Notes under the pieces: generated by a model
The model's database searches: none
Told to the model about the DNA's origin: nothing
The model's input: only the letters and a program-made list of their open reading frames with translations
Program-made: the position numbers and the translations under genes
Source of the DNA: Mobula hypostoma
Lineage: Eukaryota
NCBI RefSeq assembly: GCF_963921235.1
Contig: NC_086097.1
Span: forward strand, 7,006,001-7,070,000
Reading direction: 5' to 3'
DNA length: 64,000 bases
In this document: positions 13,588 to 25,040 of the stretch, one piece after another
How positions within the stretch are numbered: position 1 is the first letter of the stretch
How the letters are laid out: each line of letters opens with the position of its first letter

Positions 13588-13871
13588 TTCTAGAGGGATC
13601 TAGCATGGAAACAGGCCCATCAACCCACTTAGTCTGTGCTGACCGAGTACCCATGTTTGCCATTAATCCAACTCTAACCCACTTACATTCCAATCAACCC
13701 TTAGATTCTTCTCTTACCTACACACTACGGGGTACTTGTGTCAGTCAAGTAACTCAGCAAGTTTATGGGAGGGGAAAATGAGCACCCTGGAGAAATTTAT
13801 GCAGTTACAGGGAAAGTGTACTAAACTTGGATGTGGAGATTAATCACAGGTCACTGCTGCAACTTTACTCT

Positions 13872-14199
13872 CTGTGAGTATGTGCCTTGGGCAAGAGGGT
13901 ATCTACTAGCTGTGCCTTGGGAGAGAGGAGATTCACTCGCTGTGAGTATGTGCCTTGGGAAAGAGGAGGTTCACTTGCTGTGAGTATGTGCCTTGGGCAA
14001 GAGGAGATTCACTGGCTGTGAGTATGTGCCTTGGGGAAGAGGAGATTCACTCACTGTGAGTATGTGCCTTGGGAAAGAGGAAATTCACCCGCTGTGAGTA
14101 TGTGCCTTGGGGAAGAGGAGATTCACTCACTGTGAGTATGTGCCTTGGGGAAGAGGAGATTCACTCACTGTGAGTATGTGCCTTGGGGAAGAGGAGATT
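13872..14199. repeat. 38-bp minisatellite, ~9 units
   Basis: Unit ctgtgagtatgtgccttggggaagaggagattcactca starts at 13872, 13910 (shortened), 13940, 13978, 14016, 14054, 14092, 14130 and 14168. Confidence 0.95.
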
Positions 14200-15850
14200 T
14201 GGAACTATCTGACCACCAAGTGGCTCTACTTTCTTAGAAGTCTGTGCAGGTTTGTCATGTCATCTAAAACTTTGAAAAAGCTTCTATATATACCCAGTGG
14301 AGAGAGTATAGTGACTGGTTGTTTCACAGCCTGATATGGGAACACCAATGCTCTTGAACAGAAAACCTACAAAAGGAGCGCTGTCTCAGGAAAGCAGAAT
14401 CCATCATCAGGGACCCCCACCATCCAAGCCATGCTCTCTTCTCGCTGCTGTCATCAGGAGGGAGGTACGGGAGCCTCAGGTCCCACCCCAACTGGTTCAG
14501 AGAGTTAATATTCCTCAATCATCAGGCTGTTGAACCAAAGAGGATAACTTCACTCACCCCAACAATAAGCTGGACATGAATTCACTCTTAACAAATCTAC
14601 AACTTGTGTTCTCAATATTTATTGCTAATTTATTATTTTTGTATTTGCATAAACTGTTCCCTTTTGCACATAGCTTCTTGTCCATCTCTGCCATGTGCGG
14701 TGTTTCATTGATTCTATCACGTTTCTTTGTATCTACTATGAATGCCTGCTTGAAAATGAATCTCTTAACAGCATATGGTTATATATGTACTTTGGCAAAT
14801 CTTTTTACATTTTACATTTTTCTTACTGACCTCAAATGGGGATTGTTTTCCCTCCCAAGACTAGCATTTCAGTAAAATGCCAAGTAATATTGGATGTTGA
14901 AAGGCCTAGATAGAATGCCCACGGAGAGGATCGATAGTGGGTGAGTCTAGGGCCAGGGGACACATTTTCAGAATACAAGGACATCCTTTAGAACAGAGAT
15001 AAAGAGCAATTTCTTTAGCCCGAGGGTGGTGAATCTGTGGAATTCATTGCCACAGACAGTGTGGAGGCCAAGTCAATGGGTATATTTAAGGCAGAGGTTG
15101 ATAGGTTCTTGATTAGTAAAGGATTGAGAGGATAATAAATCAGCCATGATAGAATGGAGAAGACACACTGGGCCGAATGGCCTAATTCTGCTCCTGAGCC
15201 TTATGGTCTTATAGCAATGCCGAGCCCAACAGTGGATAAGCACTGGTCAGAATTGGCTCTCTGCAAGAAAGATGCAGACTCAGTTTTTATTAAGAGAAGT
15301 CACCTTTTTCGGTAAACCATTGCAAATTTACATGCACCTCAATAATCCCAATGTTTCAAAACAATTTTACTCACCATAACTACTTGAAAAGATTCATGTA
15401 AGACTTAAAAAGGAGGAGAATTCTGTTTTTTATTGGTGGCGCGATGTGCACACAAGTGTTGTGCATGGCCACCGCCCGGGCCACGCTCTCTTCTTGCTTC
15501 TGCAATCAGGAAGAAGGTACAGGGGGAATCAGGCCCCACACCTCCAGGCTCAGGAACAGTCATTACCCCTCAACCATCAGGCTCTTGAACCAATGGTGAT
15601 ACTTCACTCACCCTGACACTGAAATGATTCCACACAGTATGGACTCACTTTCAAGAACACTAATGTTCTGGATATTTATTTCATATTATATATATATATT
15701 TTTATTTTTTGTATTTGCAAAATGTGTTGCCTTTTACACATTGGTTGTCAGTCCCTGTGTGCAGGTTTTCATTGATTCTATTGTTTTCTTTGTATTTACT
15801 GTACATGCCTGCAAGAAAAAGAATCTCAAGGTTGTATATGGTGACATATA

Positions 15851-16394
15851 GAGTACTGTGCAAAAGTCTTAGGCACGTATACAGTATATTGTTAGGGTGC
15901 CAAAGACCTTTGCACAGCACTGTAGTAACTTTATGCATTGCACTGTACTGCTGACACAAAAAACTTATATGACATATGTGAGTGATGATAAACCTGATTC
16001 TGATATGGATCTCTATTGTGAATTGAGAGTGGGAAGGGGTCAGGGAGGGGGAATCATGGTTGAGAAAAGGGCGAGGGAGAGAGCGGGAAGCACCAGATAG
16101 ACATTCTGTCATGCTCAATAAACCAATTGTTTCAAATCAAATTACCTCGCCTGGTGTCTCAGGGCTGGGTGTGTCGGCATCTCTGCTGCCTTGCTCCCCC
16201 CTCTCCCCGGCACTCCTCTCTGCCACCAGTCCCACACCCCTCCCGTGGCACTCCACCTTCATCATTCCCAACATCCTTTGCTCCTGCCAGATTTACAAAC
16301 TTGCTCTCTGCCCCACATTGACAAATGCAGTACCATGCAAAAGTCTTAAATACCCTAGCTATACATATGTGCCTAAGACCTTTGCACAGTACTG
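15851..16394 (+). mobile_element. Tc1/mariner-type MITE (TIR cagtactgtgcaaaagtcttaggcac)
   Basis: TA-flanked, with inverted termini and internal TIR copies. It is inserted in a Rex-like 3' UTR. A truncated copy lies at 29974-30398 and a mini-copy at ~23226-23280. Confidence 0.8.
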
Positions 16395-17459
16395 TATGTA
16401 CTCTGGTAATAAATTTACTTTGAACTTTGAACTTACTTTCTGCAAATTCATTGTGATTATCAACAGTTGAGCTAATTGTGTGAACCATTGCTCTCCACTT
16501 TGGCACCCTCTAAGCAACAAAGTTGATTTCTACCCAGTGGTTTCCTACGACTCATGGCTAATCCAATTAGGTTCTCTGGAGTTCAAGTGACAGCACACAG
16601 ATCATGTTGTACATTATGCTTAGCTTGTTTGTAATTAGTATCAGCTTTTTTGTTCATTTTTCCATTTAGCCAATGTTACTTATCCTTGACCCTGAGAAAA
16701 GTTTTCTTGGCTGAATTTAGAGACTCTTTATTTAGCATTTGAATTTAAGAACACGCAAAACTCAAAAGCAAATCCACCATTTAGAAAACTGAATTGTTTG
16801 GACTCTATACTGCTGTTCTCAAAGTGACACATTTTTCATCCTCATGGATGATATTTATTTATCATCACAATTTATTTATTTATTGAGATACCGCACAGAA
16901 TAGGCAGTTCTGGCCCTTCGAGCCGCACCACACAACAATCCCCTGATTTAATCCTAGCCTATTCACGGGACAACTTAAAATGACCAATCAACCTGCCATC
17001 CGGTATGTTTTTGACTGTGGGACGAAACTGGGCCACTCGGAGGAAACCTACACGGTAAAAAGGAAAGTGTAAATATTCCTTACACGCAGCGGTGGGAGTT
17101 GAAACCGAATCGTCCGTACTGTAAAGTGTTGTGTTAACCACTATGCTACCATGCCACCTCATAGCTCAGTTCCTCACTCCTGTATCTGTCCCATGAAGCA
17201 GAATGGGTGATGTGCAACAATAGACCAAGAATGTGGCCTTTTTCAGGGGTGCCATGGAAGCGCAGCAGTAAGTGGTGACGCTATTACAGTTCAGGGGTCC
17301 GAGTTCATAGTTCATTTCTGATGTCATCCATTAGGAGATATAAGTTTCTTCCCATGAACACGTGGGTTTCCAATGAGTGCCCCAGTTTCGTCCCACATTC
17401 CAAAGATGTTCTGGTTAGTCAGTTAATAGGACACTGTTAATTGTCCTGTGATTACATAT

Positions 17460-19022
17460 TAAGACCATAAGACCGAGGAACAGAATTAGGCCATTTGGCC
17501 ATTGAGTCTAGCCTGCCATTCTATCATAGCTGATCCTTTTTTTCTCGCCTCAGCCCCACTCCCCATAACCTTCGATGTTGTGTCCTATTCTCCGGCCTTC
17601 TCCCCGTAACCTTTGATGCCATGTTCAATCAAGAACCTATCAAGCTCTGCCTTAAATATACCCAACAACCTGGCCTCCACAGCTGCCCGTGGTAATAAAT
17701 TCCACAAATTCAGCACCCGCTGGCTAAAGAAATTTCTCTGCATCTCTGTTTTAAATGGACGTCCCTCTATCCTGAGGCTGTGCCCTCTTGTCTGAGACTC
17801 CCCCACTGTGGGAAACATCCTTTCCACACCTACTCTGTCTAGGCCTTTCAACATTCAAAAGGTTTCAATGAGATCCCCCCCTTATCCTTCTAAATTCTAG
17901 TGATTATAGACCTAAAGCCATCAAACATTCCTTGTATGATAAACCTGTCATTCCTGGAATCATTCTTGTCAATCACCTCTGGACCCTCTCCAATGTCAGC
18001 ACATCATTTCTCAGGCGAGGAGCCCGAAACTGTTCACAATACTCAAGGTGAGGTGATAAAGCATCAGCATCACTTCCATGCTCTTATATTCAAACCCTCT
18101 TGAAATGAATACTAACATTGCATTTGCCTTCCTCACCATCGACTTAACCTGCAAGTTAACCTTTAGGATGTTCTGCACAAGGACTCCCAAATCCTTTTGC
18201 ATTTCAGATTTTTGGATTTTCTACACATTTAGAAAACACATTTATTTCTACTACCAAAGTGCATGTTTTGAGTTTTGCACGGTTTAAACTTCAAATGTTA
18301 CGTAAAGAGTCTCTAAACTCAGCCAAGAAAACTTTTCTCAGGGTTGAGGGTAAATAACATTGGCTACTTGGAAAAATTAACAAAAAAGCTGACACTAATT
18401 ACAGAGTAAGATAAACATAATGTGCATTTTCCAACATAATATTTCATTTGCCACTTTCTTGCCCATTCTGCTCATCTGTCAACGTCCTTCTGCAGCCTTT
18501 CTCTTTCCTCAACACTACCTGCCCCTCCACCAATCTTCATATCATTTGAAAACCTGGCGCCAAAGCCATCTGTTCCATCATCTAAATCATTTATATACAG
18601 CATAAAAAGAAGTGGTCCGAACACCAACCTCTGTGGAACACCACTATTCACTGGCAGCCAACTAGACAAGGATAATTTTATTCCCACTTGCTGCCTCCTA
18701 TCATTCTGTCAATGCTCTAACCATGTTAGTAATTTCCTGTAATACCATGAGTTCTTAAGCTGGTAGGCAGCTGCATGTGTGGCACCTTGTCAAAGGTCTT
18801 CTGAAAGTCCAAATATACAAAATCCATTGCATCTCCTTTACCTGTCCTACTTGTAATCGCCTCAAAGAATTCCAACAGGTTTATCAGGCAAGATTTTCCC
18901 TTAAGGAAACAATGCTGACTTTGTCCTATTTTGTCCTGTGTCACCAAGTACTCCAAAACTTCATCCTTAACAATTGACTCTAAAATTTTCCCAACCACTG
19001 AGGTCAGGCTAACTGGTCTATT
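17460..19022 (-). mobile_element. CR1 LINE 3' portion (RT domain remnants), with a foreign insert at 18265-18423
   Basis: Minus-strand ORFs 'SQHCFLKGKSCLINLLEFF...VYLDFQKTFDKVPH', 'SGVPQRLVFGPLLFMLYINDLD' and 'RNFFSQRVLNLWNLLP'. (ACCATAAG)-type tail at ~17460. Confidence 0.9.
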
Positions 19023-19319
19023 AGTTCATTCTTTACGTGCCCTGTCATATGATATGGGTGATCATGGGCTTTCCATGACCGTGATTGTTCTTGGCAATTT
19101 TTTTTACGGAAGTGGTTTGCCGTTGCCTTCTTCTATGCAGTGTCTTTACAAGACAGATGATCCTAGCCATTATCAGTACTCTTCAGAGACTGGTCTGCCT
19201 GGCGTCAGTGGTCGCATAACCAGGACTTGTGATATATACCATCTGCTCATACGACCATCCACCAGCTGCTCCCAATGTTTCACGTGACCCTGATTTGGGG
19301 GGGGGGGGGTGTGGTCTCA

Positions 19320-20012
19320 GGCTACGTCCACACTACGCCGGATAATTTTGAAAATGAAACGTTATAACGCGCAGTCGGTGTGAACGGCGTGAGTGTTAAA
19401 TTGTAAAGTGAGCTTTTTTGACTAGATCCCCTAAATTGATTTGATTGAGTCTATCTTTAGAAATATTAACGTCAGAAATACTGTGCAGGTCTGGCAGCAG
19501 AAGATTCCACTCTCTTGTTGATCTTGGGTAGAGGACGGCTTCATGCATGTGTTGTTTACTTTATTGTCTACGTTAATAGCTTGTTTGGAATTAAACATCT
19601 CCACGTTCTCCACTGCTGCGCTGACTTTGTAGTCGTTTGTAACTCGCAGAAACAACTCGACTTCATTGTCTGTCTAAACAAAGAAGTCCGGTCTAATTTT
19701 TCCAGCAGAGGTTTTCTTTGTATTCCTTGAAGACATTGTTGAAAACTTTCTTTCGCTGTTGTTGTTGGTACTCTAGTTTTTGGCCAATGGAAATAGCACA
19801 ATGCCGCCGCGGAAACGTAAATATTATACTGTTTCCTCTTCGCTTGTTTTTTTCCTGTAGATGTGTCTGCACATGCCCAGTAGGAATAGATTTGCCCAAA
19901 TATCCGTTTTAGTGTGGACAGAGATATTTTGAAAAACGCCTAGTGTGGACGCCTGCCGATTTTACTCGAAACCGGTGTTTTCAAAATTATCTGGTCTAGT
20001 GTGGACGTAGCC
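19320..20012 (-). mobile_element. PIF/Harbinger non-autonomous element with a Myb/SANT-like remnant
   Basis: TIR 'ggctacgtccacactac..ggataattttgaaaa' / 'ttttcaaaattatctgg..tagtgtggacgtagcc'. 3-bp TSD tca at 19317-19 and 20013-15. The minus strand at ~19600-19695 reads PDFFV*TDNEVELFLRVTNDYKV. Confidence 0.85.
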
Positions 20013-21672
20013 TCAGTCTGCAGGCCAGCAGAGGGAAGGAGCATCTTACACCACCTTTGATAGAGACATATCTCCACTCTGCCACCCAACCTCTGATTAG
20101 GCTAGTTTAAAAACGTGGGTTGTTGGGTGGTTCAGCTCGTTGTGCCAGAAGGGTCTATTCTGTGCTGTGTCTCTAAATAAAATAGTTACCACAGAGAAAC
20201 CAAACACTGTTTGGGCCATCACTATGCAGAGTGTCAGCACTCAATCTGCAACAGTGATCCAGAATTTCTGGTTGTCTCCACTTTAATTCTCCATCTCCAC
20301 TATCTGTGACATTTACCAGAAGAGTTGTATATGAAGGGCCCAAAGCACCCTATCATCCAACCCACAATCTCTTTGACCGTTTACTGTCAGGAAGGAGGTA
20401 CAAGAGCCTCCAGACTAGGACAGCCAGACTGGGTAACAGCTTCTTCCATCGGCCTGTGAGACTAATGAATACCCTGCCACCTCCAAGGTCTCATCACTCA
20501 GACAGTGAGCTGTTTGCTGTTTATTTGTGCTGCGCACTACATGCACTTTGAATTATATTTTATTAACACATTTGCAGTTATATTTTGTTTTGTGAGCTGT
20601 GTATGATACATGTTTTGTGGGTGCACTGTGGCCCAGAAGAGCATAGATCCGTATGGTTGTGTGTGTGTCTGTATATGCATATACAGTCAGATGACAATAA
20701 ACTTGAACTTCAACTTGAACATCCCTCTCCAACTCTGACCTTGTACCATTACTTGACCCAATGCTGATTTGAGGAGCAACACCTTACCTTCCTTCAGGGA
20801 ACATTGCAGCCTACAGAAATCAATGCTAACCTTCTAACTTATATCTTTGCAATGTGGGAGGAAACCAGAGAACCCGGAGGAAACCAATGTGTTTCATGGG
20901 AAGGACATACAAACTACTTACAGATGGTGTCTGAATTAAACTGTGAATTCTGACACCCCGAGCTCTAAAGTGGTATGCTATGCAAACTTCTCTTTATCGT
21001 CGAAATCAAAATCACATCCACCACTTGCACCGGCCGCTCACTCCAGACTTACACCACCCTCTGAGTGAAGAAGTTCCCACTCATGTTCCTCTTAGACATT
21101 TTACCATTGACCTCCAGTTGTTGTCCCACCCAACCTCTGTGGAAAAAAGCTTGTTTGCATTTATCCTGTCTACGCCACTCATAATTTTGTATACCTCAAT
21201 TTTAGAAATTTTAGAAATTAAGTACAATTAATTGGTGTCATTCAAATTAACTGATTCATGTTCTTCCATTGTCTGAGGCTGGCATGAAACTGAGATCCAA
21301 TAGAAGAACAGATAAACAGAGACACAAGGGGTGGCAGATGTTGGAATCTGGAGCACAAGGAGTCCGCTGGAGGAACTCAAGAGGGTCAGGCTGCATCTAT
21401 GGGATCCAGTGAAGGCAATGGTCAATGTCTTTGATCAAAAGCAATTTTATTTTACTGAAGATACAGCTTGGAATAGGCCCTCGTGGCCCGTTGAACTGCC
21501 CCACCCTGCAACCCCTGATTCAACCTTAGCCTAATCATGGAACAATTTACAATGATCAGAAAACCTACTAACCCAAACAACAGGAATTCTGCAGATGCTG
21601 GAAATTCAAGCAACACACATCAAAGTTGCTGGTGAACGCAGCAGGCCAGGCAGCATCTATAGGAAGAGGCGC

Positions 21673-21708
21673 AGTCGACGTTTCAGGCCGAGACCCTTCG
21701 TCAGGACT
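21673..21708 (-). ncRNA. Minimal type-I hammerhead ribozyme motif, intact core
   Basis: Minus strand reads agtc-CTGACGA-agggtctcggcct-GAAA-cGTC^gact. Stem I is agtc/gact and stem III is the palindrome ACGT. Confidence 0.75.
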
Positions 21709-22494
21709 AATTGAAGGAAGAGTGAGTAAGGGATTTGAAAGCTGGAGGGGGAGGGGGAGATGCAAAATGATAGGAGAAGACAGGAGGGGGAGGGATAGAG
21801 CCGAGAACTGGACAGGTGATAGGCAAAAGGAGATACGAGAGGATCATGGGACAGGAGGCCTAGGGAGAAAGACGGGGGGGGGGGTGACCCAGAGGATGGG
21901 CAAGAGGTATATTCATAGGGACAGAGGGAGAAAAAGGAGAGTGAGAGAAAGAATGTGTGCATAAAAAGGAGTAACAGCTGGGGTACGAGGGGGAGGTGGG
22001 GCCTAGCGGAAGTTAGAGAAGTCAATGTTCATGCCATCAGGTTGGAGGCTACCCAGACGGAATATAAGGTGTTGTTCCTCCAACCTGAGTGTGGCTTCAT
22101 CTTTACAGTAGAAACTCAGGTTGGAGGAACAACACCTTATATTCCGTCTGGGTAGCCTCCAACCTGATGGCATGAACATTGACTTCTCTAACTTCCGCTA
22201 GGCCCCACCTCCCCCTCGTACCCCAGCTGTTACTCCTTTTTATGCACACATTCTTTCTCTCACTCTCCTTTTTCTCCCTCTGTCCCTCTGAATATACCTC
22301 TTGCCCATCCTCTGGGTCACCCCCCCCCCGTCTTTCTCCCTAGGCCTCCTGTCCCATGATCCTCTCGTATCCCCTTTTGCCTATCACCTGTCCAGCTCTC
22401 GGCTCTATCCCTCCCCCTCCTGTCTTCTCCTATCATTTTGCATCTCCCCCTCCCCCTCCAGCTTTCAAATCCCTTACTCACTCTTCCATCAGTT

Positions 22495-22530
22495 AGTCCT
22501 GACGAAGGGTCTCGGCCTGAAACGTCGACT
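22495..22530 (+). ncRNA. Minimal type-I hammerhead ribozyme motif, intact core
   Basis: agtc(22495)-CTGACGA(22499-505)-agggtctcggcct-GAAA(22519-22)-cGTC^gact. Predicted cleavage is after 22526. Confidence 0.75.
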
Positions 22531-24533
22531 GCGCCTCTTCCTATAGATGCTGCTTGGCCTGCTGCGTTCACCAGCAACTTTTATGTGTGTTGCTTGAACC
22601 TACTAACCCATATGTCTTTGGACTGTGGGAGGAAACCAGAATGCCTGAAGGAAGCCTAAGCTTTTATGAGGATTTGTTTTCACTTAAAAAATAAACATTA
22701 TTTTTAACAATAAACAGAGGAACTGCAAAAAGTGCGCGCCTCTCTTTACATTAATTGTGCCATCAAAACAACTTTTTTGCCCAATGTTTCCTCTTGGAGT
22801 AGTTCACACGTGAAATGTTTGGCCACATACTACACTCTCATAGGCTACAAATGCAGAGCAAAATGTATTAGTCTTCCAAGAGTATGCCATTTCTGCTCTA
22901 AAGAATAGAAGTTTCATAAAACAAGAAAGTCTGCAGTGGACCTTAGGAGAAGGGGAAGGCAGAGTGGACAGAAGGGGAGGTGACAAGCAGGTGAGAAGAG
23001 GCCAGAGGCCAGAGTGGGGAATAGCAGATTAGCAGCGGGGAAGGGAATTTTTTTAACTGGAAGGAGAAATTGATATTCATCCCATCAGGTTGTAGGCTAC
23101 TCAGACAGTATGGTTTTATGCTTCAAAAGCAGAGTGCTTTACTATGTGAAGAATGCTGATAAACAGCCTTGACAGGGCTACTTATCATAGATATAATAGA
23201 CCGCTCCACATTAACTAATACGCTACAGTACCGTGCAAAAGTCCCAGCTATATATATTTGCTTAAGTCTTTTGCACAGTGCCAACACATCAGGGGATATT
23301 AGTTACATCCTCACTTCACGGGATGCCAAGGACACAAACAACAAAAGATACTTGACCTCACTTGTTCAAATTCTAACAAACAGCTGGTTTTGCTCAAGGC
23401 AAGTAACAAAGTGGAAACATTTGTTATAAATAAGCCGAAGGTTATTTATAAATTTCACAATCATAATTTAAATAGGAAAAACGCTTGGTGTCCTCCGCAT
23501 TAAATATGATCTTTTATGGCTGAGAGTACGTGTTGTGGAATTAAAGACAGAGAATACATACAGTGAGCATACAAAGTAGTCATGGAGATCAGAACTAATG
23601 TAAGTAAAACCATATAAACACCCCGGCTGCAAAAACAGGACTGAACCCTGAATTTATTGAACAGTACAGCACAGGAACAGGCCCTTCGGCCTACAGTGTT
23701 GAGCCTAACCAATTAAATTAGTAATCAAATTGCCAACCAAATTAATTTCTTCTCCCTAAACAAATGTCCAATCCCTCCATATCCTCATATTCATGTGCCT
23801 ACCTAAACATCCCTTAGAAGTCTCTAATGTATCTGCCTCTGGCACCACCTTAGGCAGTGCATTCCATGCACCCATCACTCAGCGTAAAAAAAACTTGCCC
23901 CTAACATCTCCTTTGAAATTACACCCACTCACTGTAAATGCATGCCCTCTGGTTTTAGACATTTCAACCCTGGATGAAGATGCTGTCTGTAACCCTTATC
24001 TATGCTTCTCATGATCTTATAAACCTCTATCAGATCCTCTGCCGCTCCGGAGAAAACATCGCAAGTTTGTCCAACCTCTCGTTACAGCACATGACCTTTA
24101 ATCCAGGCAGCATCCTGGTAAAGTCCTTCTGCACCCTCTCCATTACCTCGCCATCCTTCCTGTGATGGAGCGATCAGAACTGTATGCAGTACTCTTAGTT
24201 CAGCAGCTCCTGTCTCGCCTTTTCACTCCCTGAATCCTTTCTGTCAACTGCTGAGTCAAAACTGTGACAGGATGTTCACCACTTGCCTGGTCGGCAATAA
24301 AGAGGCTGCCAGGGTTTCCAATTTCTGGACATTGAAAATCAGATTTCACACAAATTTCTATCGTACATTTTTAATATGCTTATATTGTTTGAAATGTTTC
24401 AGATTGCTTGTTAATAACTAGATACTGTATACATTCCATTATTTTAATTATGGGTTATATGTGGATGATTATTCAATGAAATGGAAGCTTTTTAAGATAA
24501 GCTTTATTTGTTGAATGTACATCCAAATATAGA

Positions 24534-25040
24534 GTGTCCCATTCCTGTTCCGACCTGTCGGTCAATGGCCTCCTCCTGTGTCAAGGTGAGGACACCCTCA
24601 GGATGGAGGAGCAACACCTTATATTCCATCTGGGTACCCTCCAACCTGATGGCATGTGTATCGATTTCTCCTTCTGGTTAAATAAAAATTCCCTCCCTTT
24701 CCCCTCTTCTTCAATTCCCCACTCTGGCATCTTGCCTCTTTTCACCTGCTATCACTCCCCTTTAGGTCCCCTCCTCCTACCCTTTCTCTTTAAGTTCCAC
24801 CCTACACTCTTGTCGGATTCCTTCCTCCAGCCCTTTACCTTTCCCACTCATGGCTTCACCTATCACCTTCCAGCTATCCTCCTTCCCTTCCCCCCTTCAT
24901 GTTCTGGCATCCTCCCCCTTCCTTTCCAGTCCTGACGAAGGGTCTCGGCCCAAAAAGTTGGTATTTATTTATTTCCGTAGGTGCTGCCTGACCTGCTGAC
25001 TTCAGCATTTGTGTGTGTGTGTTGCTCTGGATTTCCAGCA
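24534..25040 (+). mobile_element. Older PLE subfamily 3' fragment
   Basis: 'LRMEEQHLIFHLGTLQPDGM' GIY-YIG tail, a degenerate hammerhead at ~24928-24960, and terminus 'ttccagcatctgcagaatttctcatgttt'. Confidence 0.8.

Larger units (their letters stand above)
21576..22596. mobile_element. Inverted (head-to-head) PLE 3' ends forming a ~1 kb palindrome, inserted in a V-SINE
   Basis: Arms 21605-22090 and 22114-22598 are reverse complements with only a few mismatches, separated by a 23-bp spacer. 'aacctactaaccca' is duplicated at 21562-75 and 22597-610. Confidence 0.92.

Noticed and set aside
13872..14199. CRISPR array or repeat-protein ORF (14107-14334)
   Set aside because: It is a head-to-tail minisatellite without spacers. 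The ORF is read-through of the repeat into a Rex-like fragment.
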